Shown here: piece by piece, positions 38,198 to 48,924 of the stretch | Position numbering within the stretch: the first letter of the stretch is position 1 | Layout: each line of letters begins with the position of its first letter | Assembly: GCA_964604575.1 (NCBI GenBank) | Contig: CAZRZM010000002.1 | Coordinates: 2,627-66,626, forward strand | DNA: 64,000 nt | Origin: an uncultured Acetatifactor sp. | GTDB taxonomy: Bacteria > Bacillota > Clostridia > Lachnospirales > Lachnospiraceae | Direction of reading: 5' to 3' | The notes under the pieces: generated by a model | What the model saw: the letters and a program-made list of their open reading frames with translations, nothing else | The model's database searches: none | Told to the model about the DNA's origin: nothing | Program-made: the position numbers and the translations under genes

Positions 38198-40159
38198 TCA
38201 CTGTAAATATTTTGCTATAAATTCTTCTTCCGTCAAAACAGGCACCTGTAATTCTTTGGCTTTCTTATTTTTGGAAGAAGCAGATTGTATATCATTATTA
38301 ATCAGGCAGGTAGTTTTTCCTGTCACGCTTCCGGTAACTTTTCCACCCTTCTGCTCAATAATATCCTTTAATTCACTGCGGCTGGCATAATGTACAAGAC
38401 TTCCTGTCACCACAAAGGAAAGTCCTTCAAGTGTCTGGCTTCCCTCTTCCACTCTGGGCGCTTCCAGTTTTAACTCTTTTAACAGACGCTCTATTTTCTG
38501 CAGGTTCTCTTCATCCTGCATGTACTCCACATACGCCGATGCAATCACCTCTCCCACACCTTCAATGGCAGAGAGCGTCTCCACATCCGCCTTCTGCATC
38601 CGCTCAAAATCATAGTCAAAATAGCGGCAGAGCACTTTGGCATTCGCCACTCCGATATTGGCAATTCCCAGGCCATATACCAGCCGGGGAAGTGTAGTCT
38701 CTCTTGCCTTTTCAATACTGTCTGTCAGATTCCGGTAGGATTTCTCGCCAAATCCCTCCATATCCACAATTTCTTCCTTATATCTGTCTAAATGAAACAA
38801 ATCCGCGTATTCACCAATCATTCCTCTGTCAATAAACTTCTCCAGCGTCGCCTCCGACAAACCGTCGATATTTAAAGCATCACGGCTCACAAACAGGGTA
38901 AATGCCTTGATACGTTTGGCGGCACATTTTTCATTGATGCAATAGAGGGACTGCACTTCATTTACCTGCCGAATCTCTGTGGGCTGCCCGCAGACCGGAC
39001 ATACTGTGGGAATCTCCACGGTATCGCTTCCGGTAAGGTTCTCTGCAATCTGGGGAATAATCATATTGGCTTTGTACACCGTTATCACATCCCCGATACC
39101 CAGCTTTAGTCCCCGCAGAATACTGATGTTATGAACAGAAGCTCTGCTCACGGTGGTTCCTTCCAGCTCCACCGGCTCAAAGATGGCAACCGGATTAATC
39201 AGCCCCGTCCTGCTGGCGCTCCACTCAATTTCCCTGAGCGTGGTCTCCCGCAGCTCATCCGCCCATTTAAAGGCAATGGAGTGCCTGGGGAACTTCGCCG
39301 TTCTTCCCAGCGACTCCCCATAGGAAATATTTTCATAGGTGAGCACAAGCCCATCCGAAGGAATATCATAGGTCTGGATTTTCTGCTCGAAATCCTCCAC
39401 AGCCGGCAAAATGGTATCTTCATTAACCTCCACATGCTCCACCACCGCAAAGCCCTGCTCTCCCAGAAAATCAAACTGTGCCTTCTTGGAATCTCCAAAA
39501 TCCATACCTTCTGCTTTTACCAGATGAAAAGCAAAAAACTGCACTTTCCTCTTTGCAGTCACTTCACTGTTCAACTGTCTCACAGAACCGCTGCAGAGGT
39601 TACGGGGATTCTTATATTTTGCTTCCTCCTCTGCAATCTCTGCATTAATTTTCTCAAAATCAGAATAGCTGATAACCGCCTCCCCGCGAAGCACCAGCTC
39701 GCCCTGAAAAGAAATATTTAAGGGCAGGTTCTGAAATGTCCTGGCATTGCCGGTAATGACTTCTCCGATTTCACCGTTTCCCCGGGTAACCGCTTTTGCC
39801 AGCTTTCCTTCCCTGTATGTTAATACTATCGTCAGCCCATCCAGTTTCCAGCTTAAAATTGCGGGATGGCCCTGAAGCCAGTCACGAAGCTCCTCCCTGC
39901 TTTTTGTCTTGTCTAAAGACAGCATGGGACTCTCATGCCGTTCCTTGGGCAGTTCGTCCACCGCCTCATATCCCACTGTGACCGTAGGGCTTCCTGCCAG
40001 CACTATCCCCAATTCTTTCTCCAGGGCATCCAGCTCATCATACAGTCTGTCATACTCCAGATTACTCATGATTTCTTCATCTTCTGCATAATATGCCCTG
40101 GACGCTTCCCCTAATAAATTCACAAGATATTTCATTCGCTCCATCTTAGATGACTGCAT
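38198..40159 (-). CDS. ligA: NAD-dependent DNA ligase
   Basis: KLDG, TRGNG, NPRN, IAFK, Zn finger, HhH and BRCT domains. Confidence 0.98.
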   Translation of the reverse strand: MQSSKMERMKYLVNLLGEASRAYYAEDEEIMSNLEYDRLYDELDALEKELGIVLAGSPTVTVGYEAVDELPKERHESPMLSLDKTKSREELRDWLQGHPAILSWKLDGLTIVLTYREGKLAKAVTRGNGEIGEVITGNARTFQNLPLNISFQGELVLRGEAVISYSDFEKINAEIAEEEAKYKNPRNLCSGSVRQLNSEVTAKRKVQFFAFHLVKAEGMDFGDSKKAQFDFLGEQGFAVVEHVEVNEDTILPAVEDFEQKIQTYDIPSDGLVLTYENISYGESLGRTAKFPRHSIAFKWADELRETTLREIEWSASRTGLINPVAIFEPVELEGTTVSRASVHNISILRGLKLGIGDVITVYKANMIIPQIAENLTGSDTVEIPTVCPVCGQPTEIRQVNEVQSLYCINEKCAAKRIKAFTLFVSRDALNIDGLSEATLEKFIDRGMIGEYADLFHLDRYKEEIVDMEGFGEKSYRNLTDSIEKARETTLPRLVYGLGIANIGVANAKVLCRYFDYDFERMQKADVETLSAIEGVGEVIASAYVEYMQDEENLQKIERLLKELKLEAPRVEEGSQTLEGLSFVVTGSLVHYASRSELKDIIEQKGGKVTGSVTGKTTCLINNDIQSASSKNKKAKELQVPVLTEEEFIAKYLQ

Positions 40160-40179
40160 ATTGTGTCCACACTCTCCCT

Positions 40180-40920
40180 CTATTTCATTTCCGGTTCCAT
40201 TCCCACTTGTCTATAAAGCTGCCGGAGCTCCTCTCCCACCACTTCCCGGTAAGCGCCGGACTCCAGATTTCCCAATTTAATATTTACCACGCGTACCCGC
40301 CGCAGTCCCCTTATCCGGTATCCACATTCCATACACATCCTGCGAATCTGCCTGTTGAGTCCCTGGGTCAATATAATGCGAAAAGTATATTTCCCGGTCT
40401 GTTCCACTTTACACGCCCGGGTTGTCACCTCCAGCTCCGGCAGGAAAACACCGGAAGCCATTCTGGACAAAAAATCAGGGGTTATCTCCTTGTCCACTCT
40501 GACAAGATACTCTTTTTCATGGCGGTTGGCGCCTTTCATCATCGCCTGAATTAAGTCACCGTCATTGGTCAGCAGCAGAAGCCCTTCCGAATCTTTATCC
40601 AGTCTGCCTGCATAGGTTACACGTTCTGCGTACCCAACCTGTTTTGTGACTATTTTTTCCGCATGGCGGTCTTTTTCCGTACATATCACACCGATGGGTT
40701 TATTATATGCCAGTACTACAGTCTTCTTCGGTCCCTGAATCGGTTTGCGGTTCACACAAATCTCCTCTGTACCTGCCACTGTCTGTCCCATGGATGCTGT
40801 CACACCGTTTATTGTTACTCTTCCCTGTTCTATCAGTCTGTCTGCCTCCCTGCGGGAACAGATACCGCACTGTGCCAGGTATTTGTTTAATCTGATTTGT
40901 TCCATTGTTCCTCTACTCAC
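40180..40920 (-). CDS. RsuA/RluF-family rRNA pseudouridine synthase
   Basis: S4 domain RLNKYLAQCGICSRREAD; GRLDKDSEGLLLLTNDG; GLNRQIRRM. Confidence 0.95.
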   Translation of the reverse strand: MSRGTMEQIRLNKYLAQCGICSRREADRLIEQGRVTINGVTASMGQTVAGTEEICVNRKPIQGPKKTVVLAYNKPIGVICTEKDRHAEKIVTKQVGYAERVTYAGRLDKDSEGLLLLTNDGDLIQAMMKGANRHEKEYLVRVDKEITPDFLSRMASGVFLPELEVTTRACKVEQTGKYTFRIILTQGLNRQIRRMCMECGYRIRGLRRVRVVNIKLGNLESGAYREVVGEELRQLYRQVGMEPEMK

Positions 40921-41633
40921 GCCTCTCTGTATTCTTTGTCTGCTTTGTATTCTGTCAAATCCGCCAGTGCCTTTATTCCGGGAACACCGTTTCCTTCTGT
41001 CAGTCCCCTTTTCGCCAGTTCATCCGCCAGTTCATTGTAAAATACATTGCTGTGGGCAGCTACTTTTGTAAATTTTATGGAAATTTTCTGATTCCACTCC
41101 CGCATGGCATCCGCATACTTCTGTGTCAGTACTGTTTTGCTGCGCCACTGCCCCGTAACCCATTTTTCAATTCCCTCATAATCATAACAGATTTCAATTT
41201 CCCGGAAACCGTTTGCCATGGCAGTTCTGGCGGCATACATGGCTCCCAGCATCTCTCCGGTCACATTGCGGTGCCGCAGGGACTCCGGGTTATCTCCATT
41301 TCCATACTGTACATAAATTCTGCCATCCGGCAGTATAAACACACAGCCAAAGGCATACCTGCCCAAAGCTTCCTGATAACTGCCATCTACATAGGAAAGT
41401 AATGTCCCCTCCCCGGGAAGCTGCAGGTCATGTCCATCTGCGCCCTTACTGCTCTCTGCGGCTTTCTGTGCCCCATGTTCCATGCCCAGATAACTTTCCG
41501 CCTCTGCCAATGTGGAAAATCCCTTATAAACAGCGCCGGGATATCCATCCACAGAACACTTACATTCCTCCCATGAATAAAATATCCCCCTGCTCCTGCC
41601 TTTCTTTACTGCATAAACTTTTTTTGATGCCAT
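40917..41633 (-). CDS. Ribonuclease HI with N-terminal hybrid-binding domain
   Basis: YAVKKGRSRGIFYSWEEC; YVDGS, NVTGE, YDYEG, HS...NELADELA. Confidence 0.93.
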   Translation of the reverse strand: MASKKVYAVKKGRSRGIFYSWEECKCSVDGYPGAVYKGFSTLAEAESYLGMEHGAQKAAESSKGADGHDLQLPGEGTLLSYVDGSYQEALGRYAFGCVFILPDGRIYVQYGNGDNPESLRHRNVTGEMLGAMYAARTAMANGFREIEICYDYEGIEKWVTGQWRSKTVLTQKYADAMREWNQKISIKFTKVAAHSNVFYNELADELAKRGLTEGNGVPGIKALADLTEYKADKEYREA

Positions 41634-41645
41634 AATTTGTCCTGC

Positions 41646-42266
41646 TTATCTGATATAGTTGGTCTGGATGGCAGGCTCTCTCTTCGGGAAAAGAATTCCC
41701 TGCTTTTTGCCTGCTTCGATACATTTCAGCATCCACGCCATATTATTGCCCAGGGTACGCATGGTCTGCAGTCCCTCCAAATCCTCTGCTACCTCCTCCG
41801 GAGTATTGCCATGGACCATATTCCAGTACTGGCTGGATACAATGGGCATACAGTTGATGGTGAAATATTTATTGAGCTGGTCGAATGCCGCTGTAGCGCC
41901 GCCACGCCTGCAGCTTACCACACTGGCGCCGGGCTTGCCATAAAACAACGCACCTTTCCCATAAAAAACTCTGTCCAGAAAAGAGGTGATTGCGCCGGAT
42001 GCCGAAGCATAGTGTACCGGACTTCCAAACACAAAGCCATCCGCATGTTTTGCCAGCTCCAGAAATTCATTTACCACATCATTGCGGAAACAGTCGCCGG
42101 ATGGGATACAGACACCACAGCCCACACAGCCGGCAATTGGTTCCCCGCCCAACTGGAAAATCTGTGTTTCAATTCCATTTTCCTGCAATGCGCCCGACAC
42201 TTCTTCCAGTGCCGTATAAGTACAGCCATTCTTATGAGAACTTCCATTTACTAATAATACCTTCAT
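41646..42266 (-). CDS. Iron-sulfur flavoprotein / multimeric flavodoxin
   Basis: LVNGSS, CVGCGVC...C, FGSPVHY, SSQYWN. Confidence 0.92.
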   Translation of the reverse strand: MKVLLVNGSSHKNGCTYTALEEVSGALQENGIETQIFQLGGEPIAGCVGCGVCIPSGDCFRNDVVNEFLELAKHADGFVFGSPVHYASASGAITSFLDRVFYGKGALFYGKPGASVVSCRRGGATAAFDQLNKYFTINCMPIVSSQYWNMVHGNTPEEVAEDLEGLQTMRTLGNNMAWMLKCIEAGKKQGILFPKREPAIQTNYIR

Positions 42267-42474
42267 ATCCATTCCTCATTTCTGCGCTGCATATCACACC
42301 ATTTCTTTCAGACATGGTATTGTATGCCATCCGGCATTTCCTGCCCTGAATATGGACATACATTACCTTATACCACCCTCCGTCATACAGCGCACAGACG
42401 AAAAGTTTTTTATATAATCTCATTATAACAATCTTTTTAAAATTTTTCCATCCCCTCTGTAATTTTGCAGACGC

Positions 42475-43929
42475 TTACGGCTCTCCGGTGGCTTCCCTAT
42501 AATCTTCTGTCCCCACATCCGCCCACGCATGTCTGCCGGAGGTATAAACCGCTCCGGTTCCCATATCTACTGCATACATATCCAGAATTGCCGTGGTGTA
42601 TTCGCTGCCATCCTGATAATAAGTCCGGTAATGCACAAAAAGATGACACTTATCATTCTTGGATTCCCTGTCGTAAACCACTGTCTCCTGGTATTCAAAA
42701 TCTCCTTCCGTATTCTCAGGCTGCCCATATCCCTCGCAGAGCCATGCGTAGAAATTGCCTTTGGCATTATAACCTGGACGATAGGGATAACCCTGGCCGG
42801 CAAAAAGCTCCTCATACAAAACTTTGTAGGCACCCTCTATATAATAAGGGGATGCTTCGTATTTTTCCTGCAAAGCATCTGCCGCGTCACTCTCCGCCGT
42901 CTCTTGTTCTCCCGTATCTGATAAGGATTCGCTTTCCAATTCATCCCATACATAAAAAAGCTTTTTGTATATCAGCTCCGCATCGGTATAGTAATCATAT
43001 GTGTTGTATTCCTGGGTCTTTCCATTCTTTTGGTTTCCAAAGTACAAAGTCACATTCTTCGTGCTTCCTTCCTCACCTGCACATACAATCTGCAGAGTAA
43101 TTTCCCTGTCCTCTGCTTTAAAAAAGTCGTCTTCCAATGTCTTTGCAATCAACGCTGCCACATCTTCAGAGCACTGTCTTGCATCCTCTTTGTCCGTACA
43201 GACAATTTTCAGCTCTTTTCCATAGTCATAGTACCCTTTTTCCACGGTAATCTCACGCTCAGGGCAGAGGGTTTCGCTTTCTTTTTCCATCCGGTATGCG
43301 GCGCGCATCACCGGATAATCATCCAGACCATCTTCTGCGGAATCCAGCCGCCGTATTGTAAAGAAAAGCTCCGGCAAAGCCGCCGGGGAAAGCACCCATG
43401 TATTTTCCTCTGATGAGACAACCACAAACTTCTCATGATACTTTTTCTCCATCAGCAGAAGCGCAATGTCTGACATGGGCTCATAAGTGCACTTATACAA
43501 AACGCCCTGCTCTTTTTCATAAGAATAGGAATTGTATTCCCCCAGCAGATGGGAGTTTGTTCGCAGGATACCGGGGGTAATCTCTTCCTCCGTACCGATA
43601 TCCACTATATAATTCAATAAAATCAGAGAAGCAAAGAAAAGATATACGGCCCAAAATATTCCAGACACCAGCCGCAGCACCAGCCTCACTGTCAGGAACC
43701 GCTCTCCACACAGCTTATATCCCGCAAAAAACCAGAGAAAAGCATATAATAGAATGGGAAAAACCAGCCAGCTAATCAGTGCCCCCACAACTTCCACCGC
43801 GATACGGTACATCATCCCCTCTGCGAGAAATGCTTTATTTCCATAAAAAGCTGCCACAAACAGAAGACAGATGCCTGCCATGACCCCGGTTACTATGTAT
43901 GCTGTATTGCTCTTCTTTTTCCACTCCAT
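42475..43929 (-). CDS. Hypothetical membrane-anchored protein
   Basis: 484 aa; three N-terminal TM helices and a large acidic soluble region; RBS GGAG. Confidence 0.8.
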   Translation of the reverse strand: MEWKKKSNTAYIVTGVMAGICLLFVAAFYGNKAFLAEGMMYRIAVEVVGALISWLVFPILLYAFLWFFAGYKLCGERFLTVRLVLRLVSGIFWAVYLFFASLILLNYIVDIGTEEEITPGILRTNSHLLGEYNSYSYEKEQGVLYKCTYEPMSDIALLLMEKKYHEKFVVVSSEENTWVLSPAALPELFFTIRRLDSAEDGLDDYPVMRAAYRMEKESETLCPEREITVEKGYYDYGKELKIVCTDKEDARQCSEDVAALIAKTLEDDFFKAEDREITLQIVCAGEEGSTKNVTLYFGNQKNGKTQEYNTYDYYTDAELIYKKLFYVWDELESESLSDTGEQETAESDAADALQEKYEASPYYIEGAYKVLYEELFAGQGYPYRPGYNAKGNFYAWLCEGYGQPENTEGDFEYQETVVYDRESKNDKCHLFVHYRTYYQDGSEYTTAILDMYAVDMGTGAVYTSGRHAWADVGTEDYREATGEP

Positions 43930-43979
43930 AATACGCGCTTCTCCATAAATTTATGCTTTCACAAAATGCATATTTCCGT

Positions 43980-45548
43980 TCATTCTGTTATTTTCTCATG
44001 ATACTCTTTATCCGTATTTACATTCCAGATATTAGATTTATCCTTGCTGCCTGCTATAATATTTTTCACTGTCTCAAAAGAAGTGCACATGGAATGGTCG
44101 ATATTATTGTAACGGTGCTGTCCGTTTCTGCCCACACAGTACAGATTCTCTATCGACGACAGATACGCTGTCAGCTTTTCTATTTCACTGTAGGTGTCAA
44201 AATACGCCGGATATGCTTTTGGCACCTTTTCCATATGGGTGTCCAGCACATCCTCCCTGCTGTCAATCAGACCAATTGTCATCATCTCCTCCACTCCGAG
44301 ACGTGAAAACTCTTCCTCGGTCATATTCCACAGTTCATCCTTCTCATTGGTGAAGTATTCCAGCCCAATCCACACCGTATGCTGCAAATCCTCCACCATA
44401 TAGGGAGACCAGTTATTATATATCTGAAAACGCCCCATTTTTACCCTGCGGTCCTGCACATAAATCCAGCAGTCCGGCACAATATTTCCTACTGTGGCAT
44501 TTTTTGTGCCATTTTTAAGCTTCATTTTGGATACCAGCACCCCAAGAGTCATGTAATCGCGATAAGGCAGACCCTGCGCAATCCGGACATACTCCGGTGG
44601 GACATCATTCATACCTGCCACTAAATCTTTCACAGGCATGGAGGAAATAAGATAGTCCCCCTCCATCGTCAAAGTCTCACCGTTCCTTGTATAGGCAACC
44701 CCGGTAATCATATTCTTGTCGTTTTTATGAACTCCTACAACCTTTGCATGGGTCAAAATAGTACCACCCATCTTCTTTATTTCCTCTGCAGTTACACTCC
44801 AAAGCTGTCCCGGACCATATTTGGGATACTGAAACTGTTCAATCAGGGAAGTCTCCACTTTCCGGTTTTTCTTTTTAAAAATTTTCCCAAATATATCTTT
44901 GATTACAGACATGACAGACAGTCCCCTGGCTCTCTGCGCTCCCCAGGAGGCATCAATTTCTCTCGGGTGTCTTCCCCAGAGATTTTCCGTATAATATTCA
45001 AAAAACATGGAGTACAGCTTTTTCCCAAAGCGGTTTATATAAAAATTCTCCAGATTATCCTCCGGTCTTTTTAGCAGGCACGCCTTAAGATAACTGAAGC
45101 CAACCTTTATTGTGGTGAAAAATCCCATATTTTTTATTGTCTCCCATTTTACGGAAATAGGATAATCAAAAAATTTATCCTCAAAAAAAATGCGGGATAC
45201 CCGTTTTCTGGTAAGCATCACTCTGTCCTCTTTCTCCGGGTCCGGTCCCTCTTTCGCCAGCGGTAAGGAACGCTTTAATAAAATATCATCCTTTGCAGGC
45301 GCCCCCTGGGCGGGCAGCATACTGCTCCACCACTCGTTCACCTCCGGTATTTTGGAAAAAAAGCGGTGCCCGCCCATATCCATCCGGTTGCCTTTATAGT
45401 TTACCGTTTTGGAGATTCCACCAAAATCCCCACTTTCCTCAAAGACGACCACCTCATATTCATTACTTTTTTTAAGCAGTTCATAGGCTGCCGTCAGTCC
45501 TGCCGGTCCCGCTCCAATCACAAGTACTTTTTTCATTTTCCCTCTCAT
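43980..45548 (-). CDS. FAD-dependent oxidoreductase (HemY / UDP-galactopyranose-mutase-like family)
   Basis: [42 protein letters not shown]. Confidence 0.9.
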   Translation of the reverse strand: MRGKMKKVLVIGAGPAGLTAAYELLKKSNEYEVVVFEESGDFGGISKTVNYKGNRMDMGGHRFFSKIPEVNEWWSSMLPAQGAPAKDDILLKRSLPLAKEGPDPEKEDRVMLTRKRVSRIFFEDKFFDYPISVKWETIKNMGFFTTIKVGFSYLKACLLKRPEDNLENFYINRFGKKLYSMFFEYYTENLWGRHPREIDASWGAQRARGLSVMSVIKDIFGKIFKKKNRKVETSLIEQFQYPKYGPGQLWSVTAEEIKKMGGTILTHAKVVGVHKNDKNMITGVAYTRNGETLTMEGDYLISSMPVKDLVAGMNDVPPEYVRIAQGLPYRDYMTLGVLVSKMKLKNGTKNATVGNIVPDCWIYVQDRRVKMGRFQIYNNWSPYMVEDLQHTVWIGLEYFTNEKDELWNMTEEEFSRLGVEEMMTIGLIDSREDVLDTHMEKVPKAYPAYFDTYSEIEKLTAYLSSIENLYCVGRNGQHRYNNIDHSMCTSFETVKNIIAGSKDKSNIWNVNTDKEYHEKITE

Positions 45549-45704
45549 TCTGCCACTTCAGCGACTCCATAACCAAAAGGAATATTCATATTTTGTTAGT
45601 ATACCATAGGAATCGGAAATGGTAAACTTTTGTTTTGTCTGCTTGCAATGCAAAATATTGTAAGCTATAATTGTTTACAAGCGATTATAACAAGGAGAAT
45701 TGAA

Positions 45705-47384
45705 ATGAAACTGCTAACCAAATTTAGAAATATAAATAAAAGGCTGGAACAATACCCAAAGCACTGGCCCGAACTTTTATCCCTGATATTATACCTATGT
45801 TCCAAACTGGCTGTCTCCATTTTTCATGAACCATGGCTTGACGAAGCAGTTGCTTGGCAGATTGCCCGCAGTTCATCTCTCAAAGACATCTTATTCTATA
45901 TTCCCCATTATGAAGGACATCCTCCTCTCTGGCATCTGATTTTACTGCCTTTTGCCAAGCTGGGAGCTCCCTATGAAAGCAGTTTGATATTTATCAGCAC
46001 CCTATTCTCTTGTCTGGCTATAGCTCTTTTGTTATTTCATTCGCCTTTTCCCCGGATTATGAAGCTGCTTATGCCATTTACCTATTTTCTTTTTTACCAG
46101 TACGCCGTAATCTGCAGACCATACTGCGTAATGATGCTTGCCTTTATGTTGCTGGCAATGGCTTACCGGACAAGAAACGAACATCCCATCCGTTACACCC
46201 TGTGCCTGATTCTCCTATGCGCCACAAGTGCATACGGAATTGTCTTTGCCGGAGGTCTGGCGATGGTATGGCTCATTGATATATTACATGAGGATACTCT
46301 TTGGTCATCTTTCAAGAAAGCTCTTTATGACAAACGAATCCACTGTCTGGTTCTTTTGCTTTTATGGGCCGTGATATTAATTATTAACTTTTTCCCTTAT
46401 AGTGACACCTATATCAACGATGCTGCTGCTAATTGTACTTTTGGATACCGTCTGCTGTATACATCGTTGATTCTTCCTGCAGAAATCACTTGTACAAACA
46501 TATTCGAAGTGACGAATTATTTAAAAGGCACTTCTTTTGATTTTTATGATTTAATCTATGGATGCTTTTTTGGCATTCTCATTCTATTTGTTATCGCAGA
46601 CTATGGACGAAAAAAAAAGACGCTTCTCCTTTTTTTCATTCCACACATTCTGTTCGCTGTTTTTGGAGCCAGCGTATATTTGTGTACCCATCACATTGGG
46701 CTGGAGCTCTTTTTTCTTATTTTCTGGTTATGGGTATCCATTTCATCCCCAAAACCACAGTCCCTGCCGAAGCACACCCCATTCCCCAAAAAAGAAAAAT
46801 ATGTTCACATCCTTACCAGGTGTCTTCTCATATTGGTGATGTTTGTCTCCGTATTTTGGAATATATCCGCATGTATGAATGAAATCAACCATTCCTATTC
46901 TCCGGGACGGGAAGAAGCCGCCTATATAAAAGAACATGGACTGGAGCATTACCGTATTTTTGCACAGTGGACTTCCCGCATGGTGAAAGGTGATAACGGA
47001 GATGTTCTGGCAAACAGTACCAATCACAGTTGGTATTATACCCTCCTTCCTTACTTTGACACGAAGCCATTCTATAACGGCGAATTTGGCATGGACGGCA
47101 ATTACAGAATGAATAAGGTTCCTACAGAAGAAGAAATGAATGCCTTGTTTGCCGAATGGAAAAGACAGGATTATCCGGATGTTCTTGTGGGAACCCCCGA
47201 TTTAGAGGTAGTATTTGGAAATGAAATCAGTTATAATGACTATACTCTTGTCTTTCAGTCAATCTCTGGAGTCATCTGGAAAAACAATATTGAAAAATCC
47301 CGCAGCAATATCTACGTCCGTAATGACCTATTGGATATGCTGGGACTGGAGTTTTTGGATTTGCCCTTTATCATACTTAATTAG
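45705..47384 (+). CDS. Polytopic membrane protein, GT-C-type glycosyltransferase-like
   Basis: HEPWLDEAVAW and YEGHPPLW in the first loop, RPY motif, more than 10 TM segments; RBS AAGGAG before ATG 45705. Confidence 0.75.
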   Translation: MKLLTKFRNINKRLEQYPKHWPELLSLILYLCSKLAVSIFHEPWLDEAVAWQIARSSSLKDILFYIPHYEGHPPLWHLILLPFAKLGAPYESSLIFISTLFSCLAIALLLFHSPFPRIMKLLMPFTYFLFYQYAVICRPYCVMMLAFMLLAMAYRTRNEHPIRYTLCLILLCATSAYGIVFAGGLAMVWLIDILHEDTLWSSFKKALYDKRIHCLVLLLLWAVILIINFFPYSDTYINDAAANCTFGYRLLYTSLILPAEITCTNIFEVTNYLKGTSFDFYDLIYGCFFGILILFVIADYGRKKKTLLLFFIPHILFAVFGASVYLCTHHIGLELFFLIFWLWVSISSPKPQSLPKHTPFPKKEKYVHILTRCLLILVMFVSVFWNISACMNEINHSYSPGREEAAYIKEHGLEHYRIFAQWTSRMVKGDNGDVLANSTNHSWYYTLLPYFDTKPFYNGEFGMDGNYRMNKVPTEEEMNALFAEWKRQDYPDVLVGTPDLEVVFGNEISYNDYTLVFQSISGVIWKNNIEKSRSNIYVRNDLLDMLGLEFLDLPFIILN

Positions 47385-47398
47385 TTAGGAGAACAGAC

Positions 47399-48757
47399 AT
47401 GACTACAACCAAAAATAAAAGTATATTAAATATGCTTTCCACAGAGTACGCATTTTATGGATATATTGTATCCTTTATGGTACTGGTTCCTTTTTGTGAA
47501 TTTCTTACAGAATGCTTTGGCATCCCTTTTATTTCACAGCCGTACTTAATTGCAGTTTATGGTGTTGTGGGAATCATAATGGTATTTAATTACATAATAC
47601 AAAACAAATCCTCCCTGCATCCGTGCCTTTCAGACGTCTTTTTTATTTTGTTAATTGTGTTTACATTTATTTCCTATGTTTTCACCTCTTATCCTCTCGA
47701 AACACATGGTGGTTTTGATTATGATGAATGGATTTATCATTTTTATGCGTATTACTCCCTGCTTTTTGCAGGTACTATGATACAGAATAAAAAATTAAGA
47801 AAAAACATTCTGTATACATTTGTAGGGGTAGCCGCTTTCCATTGCATCATTGCCCTGGCACAGACATGGGGGTTGGAATTAACTTATATGTATTTTACTC
47901 CTGCTGAGTTTGAAAGAGAACATGGTATCTATGGGCTGACCCAGAATAAAAACTGGTTCGGTGGATTATCCGTTCTTTTTGTGGGTGTCAGCTCAGGTTG
48001 TTACCTTTTCTGCAAAGAAGCTCGAAAGAAATATCTTTTTCTACTGACAAGCGCTCTTAGCTTTTACTGTTCCATGTGCTGTAAATCCCGCCTTACCTGG
48101 GCTGGTATTTTCTGCATTTTCGCACTATATATAGTTTCTTTCATCATAATGCGCAAAAAATATGATATCTTTTCCATCCTAAAACGGTTTGGCATTCTTT
48201 TTCTGGTTCTGACATTTACAGGATTTTTATCAGAAATATGTTATGGTGCCATTTCACATAATATTTCGCGTTCCCAAATAGGACATTCCAGAGATGGATT
48301 AAATGGTCTGTCCAGCAATCGCCTCTATATCTGGCGTTACGGTCTGGAATCTGTACCCAGACATTGGCTTACCGGAATTGGTTTGGATAATTATGGTGGC
48401 GCTTTCCGCGAAAATCCCACATGGAATCCCTCTATGTTTTATCAGAACAAGGGACACAATGAATATATACACACTCTTGTTACCCAGGGCGTATTCGCCG
48501 CTCTGAACTATATAATCATGCTGGTTTACGCCTGCATAACCGGTGTCAAAGCGGTTATCCATACTGAGGATGACGAGGAACGCCGCATTACCTGGATACT
48601 TCTGGGAATGTTCTTAGGTTATGCCGCTCAGGCATTTTTCAACAGCAGTGTCATTAATGTAGCCCCCTATTTCTGGATTACTGTAGGACTTACCATGCCC
48701 AAAAAACACCAAAATCCGCTTTTGAGGAAAAACAAAGTATCCGACCTGCCATCATAG
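47399..48757 (+). CDS. O-antigen ligase (Wzy_C) family protein
   Basis: GLTQNKNWFG, SRLTW, SNRLYIW, GIGLDN, GHNEYIHTLVTQG. Confidence 0.9.
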   Translation: MTTTKNKSILNMLSTEYAFYGYIVSFMVLVPFCEFLTECFGIPFISQPYLIAVYGVVGIIMVFNYIIQNKSSLHPCLSDVFFILLIVFTFISYVFTSYPLETHGGFDYDEWIYHFYAYYSLLFAGTMIQNKKLRKNILYTFVGVAAFHCIIALAQTWGLELTYMYFTPAEFEREHGIYGLTQNKNWFGGLSVLFVGVSSGCYLFCKEARKKYLFLLTSALSFYCSMCCKSRLTWAGIFCIFALYIVSFIIMRKKYDIFSILKRFGILFLVLTFTGFLSEICYGAISHNISRSQIGHSRDGLNGLSSNRLYIWRYGLESVPRHWLTGIGLDNYGGAFRENPTWNPSMFYQNKGHNEYIHTLVTQGVFAALNYIIMLVYACITGVKAVIHTEDDEERRITWILLGMFLGYAAQAFFNSSVINVAPYFWITVGLTMPKKHQNPLLRKNKVSDLPS

Positions 48758-48924
48758 TACTACAATACTATAGCAAAATTATATTTTCAAAAAACTGACA
48801 TCCCGCCGGAAAACTTATATGCTTCCTGCGGGATTTTCATGCAGGTTATTTCCGCAATATTTCTACACACTTTCTCCATTTTTTCATACAATATAGTAAG
48901 AAATCTGGCAGAAAGTAACATCTT

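Noticed and set aside
42232-42423. 63-aa ORF upstream of the flavoprotein gene
   Set aside because: Overlaps the promoter and start region; no coding features.
43980-45548. Calling this gene hemY or glf
   Set aside because: Only family-level similarity; no heme pathway context and no basis for a specific symbol.
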